Below the pieces are notes generated by a model. The model was not told the DNA's origin, searched no databases, and saw nothing but the letters and a program-made list of their open reading frames with translations. A program made the translations under genes and the position numbers. Below are positions 1 to 10,639 of a DNA stretch of 64,000 bases, one piece after another. The stretch spans positions 4,000,001 to 4,064,000 of the forward strand of contig OZ252100.1 of the NCBI GenBank assembly GCA_965248435.1. The letters run 5' to 3'. Every line of letters begins with the position of its first letter. The stretch's first letter is position 1. This DNA comes from Candidatus Latescibacterota bacterium (GTDB lineage Bacteria > Latescibacterota > UBA2968 > GCA-2709665).

Positions 1-1689
1 GGGACGCTGCCAGGAATCGGTATGATCGGCAGTATGTTCTCGTCGATCGCAAGCCCGGCCTATTTTTCCACCCAGGAAGACCGGTTCTGGGAGGTCGCGG
101 GTCCTTACTTTCCTATGCATTTGTTTTTCGAGCAGGGGAGTCCGGTCATCGAACAGTACTACCTTGGGCTGAGGCCAGGAGAGGCGATGCCCTGGCAGCC
201 GTGGGTCGGGCGGATTTTCTGGTGGTTTACCGCTACAGCGGCTATGGTGATGGCGGGGTTCTTCGCCAGTGTGTTGTTCTACAGGCAGTGGTCCGAAAAG
301 GAACGATTGAACTTTCCTCTGTCCACCTTCCCGACAGAACTACTCCAGGAGTCCGAAGGCAGTCGGGTTCCGGACGCCTTCAAAAAGCCGATCTTCTGGG
401 TGGGATTTGCGTGCACAGCCGGGGTGATCTTCTGGAACATCGCGGGATACTTCATCCTCACGCTGCCGGCGATCACGCTCTACTACCATCCCATGTTCAA
501 GAACATCGATCTCGGTCGGTACTTCCCTCCTTTCAATGTGAGGGTGCATCCGCTGTATATGGGCCTGGCCTACCATTGTCCGCTCAACATCCTGTTCAGT
601 TTCTGGGTCTTTTATGTATTGAGGATCTTCAAGACTGGAATGATGAACCGAATTGGATTTACCGTCGGTCTTGCGGGACAGACGGCCGAACCCAGAGAGA
701 TTCTGATGCTGGAGGCCCACGGTGCAATGGTCTTCCTGGTGGCCTGGTCACTCTGGGTGGCCCGGAACCACCTGAAGGAGACCTTCCGAAAGGCCTTTCG
801 AGAGACCCACAGAGATGACGGCCTGCCGGTCAGATACCGCATCGCCTGGCTCGGATTTCTGTGGTCGACGTTGTTCTTGACCGGCTGGTTAATTGCCGCG
901 GGCTTCAGCCTGCACGTTGCGCTCCTTCAACTCGCCCTCTACTTTGTCATGTATTTGGGGATGGCCAAGTATACAGCCGCGAGCGGGTTTGTTTTCCTGC
1001 AGGTTCGGGGTCGAACGGGCGGACCGATTCTGAAGTCGATTCTGGGGACCCGGGGGTTTTCGCCCCGCAACCTCGTAGGAATCTTGATCGGGGATTTTAG
1101 CGGGCTTGCGGGGGGCTATTCCAGGCCGCTCGCGGTCCCGGCAATCGTTCACTTTTTCCGACTGATCGGAAACGCCTTTCGGCGAGTTCCGCTGGTCTGG
1201 GGTGCGTTGCCCGCAGCCCTGCTTGTGGGCTACATTGCCCAAAGCTGGGCGCACATGGATCTCAACTATGCCGAGGGAGCCATGAATACCGGGTTCGGAG
1301 GTGTCGGACGTCACCTGCGTGGGCTCGTATCCGACATCGAGGCGACCAGTCCGTCCGTCTTCGATCCCCAGCGGCTGGGGGTCTGGATGATTGGAGGGGT
1401 AGAGGCAGGTCTGTTGAGCCTCCTCGGGTCCCGATTTACCGGGTGGCCGCTCCACCCGATCGCGCTGGCCTTTCCCACCGGCTACGGATTCAGCATATTC
1501 TTGATCTGGCTGCCCAAGTACCTCATCCTCAGGTTCGGCGGCGTGTCCCTGTATCGCCGCTCCGTACCGTTCTGGTATGGCGTTGTTGTCGGCTATCTGG
1601 TCGGGCTGATGGTTTCGACCGCGGTGGATGTCATCTGGTTTCCGACCTTGCGGGGCTACGGGACGATGCACATGCTGCATTCGAAGTAA
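1..1689 (+). CDS. DUF6785/DUF6784-like polytopic membrane protein, putative transporter, paralogue 1 (5' truncated by window edge)
   Basis: Frame open from base 1 (GTLPGIGM aligns with GAIPGIGM of paralogue 2). Many hydrophobic helices; motifs RQWxExERLxFPL and WPLHPI. Confidence 0.75.
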   Translation, partial: GTLPGIGMIGSMFSSIASPAYFSTQEDRFWEVAGPYFPMHLFFEQGSPVIEQYYLGLRPGEAMPWQPWVGRIFWWFTATAAMVMAGFFASVLFYRQWSEKERLNFPLSTFPTELLQESEGSRVPDAFKKPIFWVGFACTAGVIFWNIAGYFILTLPAITLYYHPMFKNIDLGRYFPPFNVRVHPLYMGLAYHCPLNILFSFWVFYVLRIFKTGMMNRIGFTVGLAGQTAEPREILMLEAHGAMVFLVAWSLWVARNHLKETFRKAFRETHRDDGLPVRYRIAWLGFLWSTLFLTGWLIAAGFSLHVALLQLALYFVMYLGMAKYTAASGFVFLQVRGRTGGPILKSILGTRGFSPRNLVGILIGDFSGLAGGYSRPLAVPAIVHFFRLIGNAFRRVPLVWGALPAALLVGYIAQSWAHMDLNYAEGAMNTGFGGVGRHLRGLVSDIEATSPSVFDPQRLGVWMIGGVEAGLLSLLGSRFTGWPLHPIALAFPTGYGFSIFLIWLPKYLILRFGGVSLYRRSVPFWYGVVVGYLVGLMVSTAVDVIWFPTLRGYGTMHMLHSK

Positions 1690-1765
1690 ATGGCCCTCAC
1701 CCTGCCTCGCTTCCGCTCGGCATCCCTCTCCCATAAATGGGAGAGGGGCCGGGGGTGAGGGCCTG
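1690..1765. repeat. Palindromic REP-like element (CCCTCACCC...CTCTCCC/GGGAGAGGG...GGGTGAGGG type)
   Basis: GGCCCTCACCC ... CCCTCTCCCATAAATGGGAGAGGG ... GGGTGAGGGCC nested inverted repeats. Confidence 0.85.
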
Positions 1766-1781
1766 TCTTCAGTGAGGTAAT

Positions 1782-3767
1782 GTGGAATCCAGCGTCGCAT
1801 ATAAACGGATAGATGCCGAGACGGGGATCGACGCAGCGCGTCCGCCTGAACGTCTGACCGTGCGCGCTTTCGTGCTCGGCCTGATCACGATCGCGGCCAT
1901 GTGCGTGTTCGCTGAGAATTACGGTCGAGGGTTGGTCAGGACGTTCATGCCGGTCACGGCTCTGCTCGCGCTGATGCTCTGGAGCGGAATCAACATCCTT
2001 CTGAGGCTGACGGTCCCCCGCCTGGCCCTGTCGCGCCTCGAGGTGATGACGATCTTCGGTCTGACCTGGCTGATCGGCGCGATTCCAGGTATCGGCATGG
2101 TCGGCTACATGTTCTGGGACATAGCGGGCCCGGCCTCCTTTTCCTCTCCCGAAGACCGGTTCTGGGAGGTCGCAGGACCCTACTTCCCGGATTTCCTCTA
2201 CCTCCAGCCGGGAAGTCGGGCCGCGGAGCAGTATATGCTGGGCCTGATGGCGGGAGAGTCCATCGTTTGGTTGGAATGGCTCAGGCCGCTGTTCTGGTGG
2301 TTTGCGGGAACGGCGGGGCTGATCTTTGCCGGCTTCTTTGCAAGCGTCCTGTTCTACCGGCAGTGGGCGGAGCGGGAGCGCCTCACGTTCCCCCTGGCGA
2401 CGTTTCCTCTGGACCTTATGCGAGAGTCGGGCAGCAGCCCGATTCCCGAGGCCTTCAAGAAACCGGTATTCTGGCTCGGATTCGCCTGCACCTTTGGCGT
2501 GATTGGTTGGAACATCGTGGGCTACTTCGTCCTGACACTGCCCGAGATCACACTGTATTACCATCCGATGTTCAAGAACATCGACCTCGGGCCCCACTTC
2601 CCGTCCTTTAACGTGAGGGTGCATCCGCTCTACATGGGGTTGGCGTATCACTGTCCGCTGAACATTCTTTTTAGTTTCTGGGTCTTCTACTGTCTGAACA
2701 TCCTGAAGATGGGGCTGATGAACCGGACGGGTTTCGTCGTCGGACTGGAGGGACAGCCTGCGACGCCCGGGGTCGCGATGGCTCTGGAGGCGCACGGTGC
2801 GATGGTCTTCCTGGTGGTCTGGTCGATCTGGGTCGCCCGGCGTCACATTAAGGAGACCCTGCAAAAGGCGTTCTCCGGACCCCGTTCGTATGACGACGGG
2901 CTGCCGGTGACCTACAGGACGGCCTGGATCGGATTTTTCGTGTGTACGATCTTCCTGATGGGCTGGTTCAGGTCGGTCGGCTTCGGCGTGGGCGCGACGC
3001 TGCTTCAGCTTTCGCTCCTATTTGTCGCCTACTTCGCCGTTTCAAAGTATGCCGCCGCGACAGGGTTCGTGTCTCTGGTCCCTCCGGGCCGAAAAGGCTG
3101 GCTGATCATGAAATCGATCGTGGGAACAGTGAACTTTTCGCCGAGGGACCTGACCGGCATACAGGTCGTTCACGGCTGGGGATTCAACGGGGGGACCAAC
3201 CGGATGGTTGCGATTCCGGCCATTGCACACTTCTTCCGATTGATCGGAGACGCCTTACGACGCCATCCCCTGGTGGTCGGGGCGCTGCCTGCCGCGCTGG
3301 TGACTGGGTACGTGGTACAGTGCTGGGCGCACCTGGATCTCAACCATACGGAGGGCGGGTTGAACATAGGCTGGCCGGGGTTCAGCGGGAGGTTGAGAAC
3401 CCTCGTTGCGGACATCGAAGCGACAAATCCGTCGGTGTTCGACCCGAAAAAATTGGCTGTCTGGATCCTCGGAGCCGCAGAGGCAGGTTTTCTGATGTTC
3501 CTCGGAAGTCGGTTCATGTCCTGGCCGATTCACCCGGTCGGGCTGGCCTTCCCACACGGGTACGGTTTCAGCATGATGATCCTCTGGCTGTTCAAGACCA
3601 TCATACTCAGGCTGGGCGGCGTGAGCCTGTACGAGCGCTCGAAACCGTTCTGGTACGGTGTCATCATCGGATATCTGTTTGGACTTGCGATCTCCACGGT
3701 CGTGGATGTCATCTGGTTTCCGACCTTGCGGGGCTACGGGACGATGCACATGGTTCATTCGAAGTAA
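1782..3767 (+). CDS. DUF6785/DUF6784-like membrane protein, paralogue 2
   Basis: 661 aa, GTG start after GAGG RBS, same motifs as its neighbours. Confidence 0.78.
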   Translation: MESSVAYKRIDAETGIDAARPPERLTVRAFVLGLITIAAMCVFAENYGRGLVRTFMPVTALLALMLWSGINILLRLTVPRLALSRLEVMTIFGLTWLIGAIPGIGMVGYMFWDIAGPASFSSPEDRFWEVAGPYFPDFLYLQPGSRAAEQYMLGLMAGESIVWLEWLRPLFWWFAGTAGLIFAGFFASVLFYRQWAERERLTFPLATFPLDLMRESGSSPIPEAFKKPVFWLGFACTFGVIGWNIVGYFVLTLPEITLYYHPMFKNIDLGPHFPSFNVRVHPLYMGLAYHCPLNILFSFWVFYCLNILKMGLMNRTGFVVGLEGQPATPGVAMALEAHGAMVFLVVWSIWVARRHIKETLQKAFSGPRSYDDGLPVTYRTAWIGFFVCTIFLMGWFRSVGFGVGATLLQLSLLFVAYFAVSKYAAATGFVSLVPPGRKGWLIMKSIVGTVNFSPRDLTGIQVVHGWGFNGGTNRMVAIPAIAHFFRLIGDALRRHPLVVGALPAALVTGYVVQCWAHLDLNHTEGGLNIGWPGFSGRLRTLVADIEATNPSVFDPKKLAVWILGAAEAGFLMFLGSRFMSWPIHPVGLAFPHGYGFSMMILWLFKTIILRLGGVSLYERSKPFWYGVIIGYLFGLAISTVVDVIWFPTLRGYGTMHMVHSK

Positions 3768-3877
3768 ATGGCCCTCACCCTGCCTCGCTTCCCTCTCCCA
3801 TAAATGGGAGAGGGAAGAAGCGTCTTGATTTTCTCCCCTCTCCCACGTGTGGGAGAGGGGCCGGGGGTGAGGGCCTG
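3768..3877. repeat. Second copy of the palindromic element, carrying an extra internal hairpin
   Basis: Same ends as 1690-1765, plus CCCCTCTCCCACGTGTGGGAGAGGGG. Confidence 0.85.
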
Positions 3878-3893
3878 TCTTCAGTGAGGTAAC

Positions 3894-5873
3894 GTGGAAT
3901 CAAGCGTCGCATATAGACGAATAGAGCCGGAGGTTGACGCAACGCGTCCGCCTGAAAGGCTGACGGTGCGCGCGTTCGTGCTCGGCCTGATCACGATCGC
4001 GGCGATGTGCGTGTTCGCGGAGAATTACGGGCGCGGGCTGGTCCGCACCTTCATGCCTGTCACGGCGCTGCTCGCGCTGATGCTCTGGAGCGGCATCAAC
4101 ATCCTGCTGAGGCTGACGATCCCCCGCCTGGCCCTGTCACGCACCGAGGTGATGACGATCTTCGGTCTGACCTGGCTGATCGGTCAGATTCCCGGGATCG
4201 GCATGGTCGGCTACATGTTCTGGGACATGACGGGCCCGGCCTACTTTTCCTCTCCCGAAGACCGGTTCTGGGAGGTCGCTGGACCCTACATTCCGGATTT
4301 CCTCTACCTCCAGCAGGGAAGTCGGGCCGCGGACCAGTATATGCTGGGACTGAAGCCGGGGGAGTCCGTCCTATGGTTGGAATGGCTCAGGCCGCTGTTC
4401 TGGTGGTTTGCGGGAACGGCGGGGTTGATCTTTGCGGGTTTCTTTGCCAGCGTCCTGTTCTACCGACAGTGGGCTGAACGGGAGCGTCTGAATTTCCCCC
4501 TGGCGGCATTTCCGCTGGACCTTATGCGAGAGTCGGGCAGCAGCCCGATTCCCGAGGCCTTCAAGAAACCGGTTTTTTGGCTCGGATTCGCCTGCACGTT
4601 TGGCGTGATCGGCTGGAACATCGTGGGTTACTTCGTCCTCACGCTGCCCAAGATCACGCTCTATTACCATCCGATGTTCAAGGACATCGACCTCGGGCCC
4701 TACTTCCCGCCCTACAACGTGAGGGTGCATCCGCTCTTCATGGGGCTTGCCTACCATTGTCCCCTGAACATCCTGTTCAGTTTCTGGGTCTTTTATGTTC
4801 TGAACATCGTGAAAGAGGGATTCATGAACCGGACGGGATTCGTTCTCGGGCTGGAGGGACAGCCTGCGACGCCCAGGGACGCGATGGCTCTGGAGGCACA
4901 CGGTGCGATGGTCTTCCTGGTGGTCTGGTCCCTCTGGGTGGCCCGGCGTCACCTGATGGAGACCTTTCAAAAGGCGTTTTCAGGACTCCGATCGAATGAC
5001 GACGGGCTGCCGGTGACTTACAGGACGGCCTGGATCGGATTTTTCGTGTGTACGATCTTCCTGATGGGCTGGTTCAAATCAGTCGGATTCGGACTGTCAG
5101 CGACGCTGCTCCAGCTCACTCTGCTGTTTATTGCCTACTTCGCAGTCTCAAAGTATGCTGCGGCGACAGGGTTCGTGTTTCTGGTTCCTCCGGGCCGCAA
5201 GGGCTGGATGATCATGAAATCGATTTTTGGCACAGCAAGCTATACGCCACGGGACCTCACCGGTATACAGGTCGTACACGGGTCGGGATTCAACGGGGGG
5301 ACCTCCCGGATGGTGGCGATTCCGGCCATTGCACACTTCTTCCGATTGATCGGAGATGCCTTACGACGCCATCCCCTGGTGGTCGGAGCGCTGCCCGCCG
5401 CGCTGGTGACCGGCTACGTGGTACAGTGCTGGACGCACCTGGATCTCAACCTTACAGAGGGCGGGATGAACGTGGGCTGGCCGGGGTTCAGCGGGAGGTT
5501 AGTGACCCTCGTTACGGACATAGAAGCGACAGATCCATCGGTCTTCGACCCACAAAAGCTTCTTGTCTGGCTTATCGGTGCGGCGGAGGGGGGTCTGCTG
5601 ATGTTCCTGGGGAGTCGATTCACTTCCTGGCCGATTCACCCCGTCGGGCTGGCGTTCCCACACCGGTTCGGTTTCAGTATGATGCTCCTCTGGCTGTTCA
5701 AGACGATCGTCCTCAGGTTGGGCGGCGTGCGCCTGTATGAGCGCTCGAAGCCGTTCTGGTACGGTGTGATCATCGGATATCTGGTGGGGCTTGCTGTCTC
5801 CACGATTGTAGATGTCATCTGGTTTCCTTACCTCCGGGGCTACGGGACGATGCACGGCGTTCACTCGAAATGA
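3894..5873 (+). CDS. DUF6785/DUF6784-like membrane protein, paralogue 3
   Basis: 659 aa, highly similar to paralogue 2 along its whole length. Confidence 0.78.
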   Translation: MESSVAYRRIEPEVDATRPPERLTVRAFVLGLITIAAMCVFAENYGRGLVRTFMPVTALLALMLWSGINILLRLTIPRLALSRTEVMTIFGLTWLIGQIPGIGMVGYMFWDMTGPAYFSSPEDRFWEVAGPYIPDFLYLQQGSRAADQYMLGLKPGESVLWLEWLRPLFWWFAGTAGLIFAGFFASVLFYRQWAERERLNFPLAAFPLDLMRESGSSPIPEAFKKPVFWLGFACTFGVIGWNIVGYFVLTLPKITLYYHPMFKDIDLGPYFPPYNVRVHPLFMGLAYHCPLNILFSFWVFYVLNIVKEGFMNRTGFVLGLEGQPATPRDAMALEAHGAMVFLVVWSLWVARRHLMETFQKAFSGLRSNDDGLPVTYRTAWIGFFVCTIFLMGWFKSVGFGLSATLLQLTLLFIAYFAVSKYAAATGFVFLVPPGRKGWMIMKSIFGTASYTPRDLTGIQVVHGSGFNGGTSRMVAIPAIAHFFRLIGDALRRHPLVVGALPAALVTGYVVQCWTHLDLNLTEGGMNVGWPGFSGRLVTLVTDIEATDPSVFDPQKLLVWLIGAAEGGLLMFLGSRFTSWPIHPVGLAFPHRFGFSMMLLWLFKTIVLRLGGVRLYERSKPFWYGVIIGYLVGLAVSTIVDVIWFPYLRGYGTMHGVHSK

Positions 5874-5935
5874 CCGTGTACCGGGAAACCAAAATACGGG
5901 TACCGTAGAACAGTGGATCGTGGTTCGTGGATCGT
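5874..5935. repeat. GGTACC-core repeat plus GTGGATC-type heptamer run
   Basis: CCGTGTACCGGGAAACCAAAATACGGGTACCGT followed by GTGGATCGTGGTTCGTGGATCGT. Related copies at 11424, 45905, 48711. Confidence 0.75.
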
Positions 5936-6024
5936 AAATAGCTGGGTCACGAGTAGACACAAAGGATCATCACGAAAGGACAAACATTCGGAAGCATATG
6001 GATAGCGTCTACCGTGCTCCACCT

Positions 6025-6174
6025 TGTCATTCCGAGCGTCAGCGAGGAATCTCAACAGCCGTTACATCAAGACTTGATTCAGTGAGTACCTCACTCTTGA
6101 GATCCCTCGTCGGCTGGATGCTCTGAATTTTATCGAAACATTCGTAATGACTTGAAGGGCTCCTCGGGATGACA
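6025..6174. repeat. Palindromic element with TGTCATTCCGAG / CTCGGGATGACA termini
   Basis: Terminal inverted repeats plus inner pair CGAGGAATCTC / GAGATCCCTCG. Confidence 0.75.
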
Positions 6175-6336
6175 AATTTTGGCTGTTGAATACGTTATGC
6201 ATTGTTAGAACCCGTGGATCGTCGTTCGTGGCTCGAATCACCCAACTAATCGGGGTCCCGATCGGTCGACTGGGTCTTGGGGGCGGTCCGCAGTGAACTA
6301 TGGATGGGGAAACTCATAAAACTGGGGTAGATCATC

Positions 6337-7704
6337 ATGAGTGATTCAAGGCGGCCGAACATCGTGCTTATCATGACGGATCACTTCAGACGTGATGCCG
6401 TCGGCCCCAGCACGCCGAACCTGCGGCGCCTCGCCGAGCGCGGTACGCAATTCTTGAATGCCTACTGCTCGGCCCCTCTGTGCCAGCCTTCCCGGACCTC
6501 CCTCATCACAGGGCTGTATCCCTCGCAGAACGACATTTGCGGGAATATGTCCGGTCCGCTTCGTCCTGAACTGCGGGATGATACCTTCATGCATCACCTG
6601 CAATCGGCCGGGTATCACACGGCGATGATCGGCAAGCATCACTACATCGACTGTTACGGCCTTAACGTGGATGTGACTGACAATGATGACGAGATCAAGC
6701 GCTACGGTTTCGACACCGTGTTTCAGGTGGCGGACGCCGATGAGAACCTGCACAATGACGATGAGTACACGCATGACTTGAGGAAAAAGGGAAAGCTGGA
6801 TGAGTATCGCAAGATCCAGGCAAAGCACGCCGAGGCGTGCGGCCCCTATCCCTTCGGCGAAGAGGAATGCGAAGACGGCTTTATCGGGCGCCGGGGCTGT
6901 GAGTTCGTGGACGGCTATCGGGAAGATCGGCCGTTCTACCTGAATCTCTCCTTTATTGGACCGCATCCCCCATACTGGCACCCTGGGGATCTGCAGCACG
7001 AGCCAGAAGACATGCCCGAGCCGATCGGAGTGCCCGACAGCGACCGGACCCGGGTGCTGCGGGCACACTACATGGACAAATGCAGTATTATCGATCGTGC
7101 CGTCGGTCGCCTGGTCGAATCCCTCGAGGAGAGAGGGATTCTGGAAGATACGGTGATCGTCTTTATCTCTGACCACGGGGACATGCTGGGCGATTTCGGG
7201 CTGTGGGACAAACGGTTCTTCTACGAGGCGAGCGTGGGTGTGCCGTTCATTGTGTGCGGCCCCGGCATCCCGACAGGAAGTCGACTCGTGCCCGGCGTCA
7301 GCCAGGCCCTGGTTTCACTCCTGGACCTGTATCCGACCCTCCTCAACCTCGCGGGCGTCGATCCCGCGCCCCTGATGGAGCGCCGTGACGGAAGGGACAT
7401 TCTCTCGATTGTGGAGGGACGGAGGGGGTCCGTGCGTGCGGCGATCTTCGCAGAACTCGCCACGGCCGCCATGATCCGAACCGGGAACTGGAAACTCGTG
7501 TTCGACCCGGAACAGGGGGGAGTAGAACAGCTCTTCAACCTCGCCAGAGATCCCCGAGAACTCGAAAACCTCGCAGGTGTGGCAGGCTATGAACAGGTGT
7601 CGAGTGAGCTGGTTCAGAAGATGCTTGCCCATCGCATTCGGCTGACTCAGACCACCCAGGCCAAAGAGGAGCAGCGGCTTCAGAGGGTGCGGGTCGGAGG
7701 CTAG
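6337..7704 (+). CDS. Cys-type formylglycine-dependent sulfatase
   Basis: RPNIVLIMTD, signature CQPSRTSLITG, GKHH, SDHGDMLG. Confidence 0.92.
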   Translation: MSDSRRPNIVLIMTDHFRRDAVGPSTPNLRRLAERGTQFLNAYCSAPLCQPSRTSLITGLYPSQNDICGNMSGPLRPELRDDTFMHHLQSAGYHTAMIGKHHYIDCYGLNVDVTDNDDEIKRYGFDTVFQVADADENLHNDDEYTHDLRKKGKLDEYRKIQAKHAEACGPYPFGEEECEDGFIGRRGCEFVDGYREDRPFYLNLSFIGPHPPYWHPGDLQHEPEDMPEPIGVPDSDRTRVLRAHYMDKCSIIDRAVGRLVESLEERGILEDTVIVFISDHGDMLGDFGLWDKRFFYEASVGVPFIVCGPGIPTGSRLVPGVSQALVSLLDLYPTLLNLAGVDPAPLMERRDGRDILSIVEGRRGSVRAAIFAELATAAMIRTGNWKLVFDPEQGGVEQLFNLARDPRELENLAGVAGYEQVSSELVQKMLAHRIRLTQTTQAKEEQRLQRVRVGG

Positions 7705-7798
7705 TGGAGTGATGGTGGTTTCAGACGTCCCGTCACTTTGTGCATGGATGGTAGCAGATCGTGGAACTCAGTAGATCGAGAGAAAGGAGTCTGGGAGC

Positions 7799-9211
7799 GT
7801 GATTGACATCGGCAGCCGACTGGAGTTACTCGTGGACGATTTTTTGATCGATCGCGTGTCCGGAGTTTCCTCACGGCTCCACAGACCCACACCTCGGGAG
7901 ATTGTCCTGGAGCATCAGGAGCCGTGGGAGGGAAATGCCAGTATCTACGACACCGTTTTCCAGGACGACGGCCTTTACAGGCTCTACTACGCCGGCAACC
8001 AGGTGGACGAAGAGACCGGCGAGGAGCCTCATCCGGAGTTCGCCTGCTATGCTGAAAGCCAGGACGGCATCCACTGGACCAAACCGCGGCTTGAGCTTGT
8101 AGCCTTCAACGGCAGCAGGGACAATAACATCATCATCGAGGGAATCGGAACCCACTGCTTTACTCCATTCAAGGACACGAACCCGGATTGTGAGCCAGAC
8201 GCGCGATACAAAGGTCTGGGCAGGGGCATCGGCGAGCAAAGACTCACTTTGTTCGCGTTCAAATCTCCTGACGCCATTCACTGGTCACTGATGAGCGACG
8301 CGCCGGTGATTACGGATGGCTACTTCGATTCCCAGAACCTGGCCTTCTGGGACGACCTCCGCGGAGAATATCGCGCCTACTTCCGGGACTTCAAGGAAGG
8401 AATCCGCGATATAAAGACAGGCACTTCAAAAGACTTCCTGAACTGGACTCCAGGCGCGTGGCTGGAATACCCGGGTGCTCCCGTGGAACATCTCTACACG
8501 AACCAGGTGATTCCCTACTATCGCGCACCTCACATTTTTCTGGGATTCCCTTCGCGCTACGTTCACGACCGAGGTGTACTGACGGATTTCAACCGGATGC
8601 TGGCTGAGAAACAGACGCGGCGCACCGGTACGAGTTATACCGACGGGCTGTTCATGAGCAGCCGAGACGCCCACAGCTTCCGGCGCTGGGACGAGGCCTT
8701 CATCCGACCCGGACCACAGGGCATCGGACGCTGGGTCTACGGGGACAATTTCCAGAACTGGGGGCTGGTCGAAACGGCGTCTGACATCTCCGGTGCACCG
8801 AACGACCTCTCGATCTACGTCAGCGAAGGCTATCGCCGGGGAAGGGGCAGCAAGCTGCGCCGACATACGCTCAGGATCGACGGCTTCGTCTCCGTGCAGG
8901 CGCCTTTGAGCGGAGGTGAGATGGTAACGAAGCCGTTCACGTTTCAAGGGCGCCAGCTGGCCATCAACTTCTCCACCTCCGCCGCAGGGGGAATTAGGGT
9001 GGAGGTCCAATCCGGTGACGGCAAACCCATAACAGGATATACCGAGAAGGATTGCGACGACATCTTCGGAGACCAGATCGAGCGAGTGATCAGTTGGTCG
9101 GGCGAGACAGATATGTCCAGACTTGCGGGCGAACCGGTTCGGCTCCGGTTCGTGATGAAGGATGCTGACCTATATGCCTTCCAGTTTCGACCTGAAACAG
9201 GTGGAGACTGA
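7799..9211 (+). CDS. Putative beta-propeller glycosidase-like protein (GH32/43/130-like fold, function unknown)
   Basis: Repeated SxDGIHW motifs, DSQNLAFWD, C-terminal VRLRFVMKDADLYAFQF domain. Confidence 0.65.
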   Translation: MIDIGSRLELLVDDFLIDRVSGVSSRLHRPTPREIVLEHQEPWEGNASIYDTVFQDDGLYRLYYAGNQVDEETGEEPHPEFACYAESQDGIHWTKPRLELVAFNGSRDNNIIIEGIGTHCFTPFKDTNPDCEPDARYKGLGRGIGEQRLTLFAFKSPDAIHWSLMSDAPVITDGYFDSQNLAFWDDLRGEYRAYFRDFKEGIRDIKTGTSKDFLNWTPGAWLEYPGAPVEHLYTNQVIPYYRAPHIFLGFPSRYVHDRGVLTDFNRMLAEKQTRRTGTSYTDGLFMSSRDAHSFRRWDEAFIRPGPQGIGRWVYGDNFQNWGLVETASDISGAPNDLSIYVSEGYRRGRGSKLRRHTLRIDGFVSVQAPLSGGEMVTKPFTFQGRQLAINFSTSAAGGIRVEVQSGDGKPITGYTEKDCDDIFGDQIERVISWSGETDMSRLAGEPVRLRFVMKDADLYAFQFRPETGGD

Positions 9212-10611
9212 TGTCAAAACAGCTGATCCACAAGTTGGCCGTGGACGAACACTGGGTGGAGCGGATGTCCGGCGTCTGGCGAACGCTGAACCACCCCACG
9301 AAGCATCCCGGAAACCCGATCCTGAAGGCTGACCGGCCGTGGGAAGGATATCTCGCGATGCAGCCGGGCACGGTCATCTATGACGAAGATGACCGGCTTT
9401 TCAAGATGTGGTACAATGCGCAGCCCTCGACCGAAAAGCCTGATGTCGATAATTATCTCTGCTATGCCGTCTCGGAGGATGGAACCACGTGGGGAAAACC
9501 GGAGCTCGGAATCCACGACCACAATGGATCGACCGCGAACAACATTGTCCTGAGGGGCGTGGACTGGACGCACAGCGTGATCAAGGATGATGAAGCGGGT
9601 CCACAGCGCTACAAGCTCGCATACTGGTCGCGAAAAGGAGATTTGGAGGGAGTATATGTCGCCTTCTCCGCCGACGGCATTCACTGGGTGGATCACGGAC
9701 AGGTCCCGGTCGTTCCCGCATGGGCCAGCGGCGACACGTTCAGTGTGATGCGAGATCCGAGCTCAGGATCGTATCTTCTATATCACAAGACGCCGGGACA
9801 ATCGATTCGCACGGTGTCACGGGCGATCAGCGAGGATTTCGTCGAATGGCGGGAGAGCCGGCTGGTGCTCGCCCCAGACGTGAACGACGGCCCGGACACC
9901 CAGTTTTACGGGATGTCGGCCTTTCCATACGCCGGGCTCTATCTGGGTCTGATCTGGGTCTATCACACCTACCCGCAGACCGTCGATATACAGCTCGCCT
10001 ACAGCCACGACGGGCTGAACTGGCACAGGGCGTGCGAGCGCAGGCTGTTCATGCACCTTGTTCCCACGAACCGCTACTTCGGTTCGAGCTTCGACAGCAT
10101 GATGGTCTATCCGGCCTCTTCACCAGTAGAGAAGGACGGATTGCTTTGGTTCTACTACTCCGGGTTCAGCGTTCCTCACAACGCACTTCCCGAGGCACAC
10201 GACGGCCAGATCGGTGTCGCCTGCGTCCCGCGTGACGCGTTCTGCAGGCTGGATGCGACGGGTGAGGGGGTTGTGGTTTCCCGGCCGTTCCAGGTGCGTG
10301 GCTCAAAACTCATCGTGAACGGGGCCGTCCGTGGCCCAGACGAGGCCGACGAAACATTGCCGGCCTGGAGCGGCTTGTTCGACGGATGTCCGTCCGGTCG
10401 CGGAAGCATCGTGGCAGAGGTGCAGGACGAGAATGAAAATCCAATATCCGGATACCTGGCTGAAGATTGTCGAGCGTTTACGGGCTCCGGATCGGATACA
10501 GAGATCCGCTGGAAGGAAGGGTCCGATCTGTCGTCTTTGGAGGGTCGACGCGTACGTCTCAGATTCCTGATGCGAAACGCGAGTCTTTATTCATGGTGCG
10601 TACAAGCGTAG
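9211..10611 (+). CDS. Putative beta-propeller glycosidase-like protein, distant paralogue of upstream gene
   Basis: KHPGNPIL..DRPWE, SEDGTTW/SADGIHW/SHDGLNW repeats, same C-terminal VRLRFLM domain; TGATG coupling with upstream gene. Confidence 0.65.
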   Translation: MSKQLIHKLAVDEHWVERMSGVWRTLNHPTKHPGNPILKADRPWEGYLAMQPGTVIYDEDDRLFKMWYNAQPSTEKPDVDNYLCYAVSEDGTTWGKPELGIHDHNGSTANNIVLRGVDWTHSVIKDDEAGPQRYKLAYWSRKGDLEGVYVAFSADGIHWVDHGQVPVVPAWASGDTFSVMRDPSSGSYLLYHKTPGQSIRTVSRAISEDFVEWRESRLVLAPDVNDGPDTQFYGMSAFPYAGLYLGLIWVYHTYPQTVDIQLAYSHDGLNWHRACERRLFMHLVPTNRYFGSSFDSMMVYPASSPVEKDGLLWFYYSGFSVPHNALPEAHDGQIGVACVPRDAFCRLDATGEGVVVSRPFQVRGSKLIVNGAVRGPDEADETLPAWSGLFDGCPSGRGSIVAEVQDENENPISGYLAEDCRAFTGSGSDTEIRWKEGSDLSSLEGRRVRLRFLMRNASLYSWCVQA

Positions 10612-10639
10612 GCGTAAGCCCGTGCGGGGAGTTAGTCAA

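Noticed and set aside
1-5873. Diversity-generating retroelement acting on the paralogues
   Set aside because: No reverse transcriptase in the window, and differences are not restricted to adenines.
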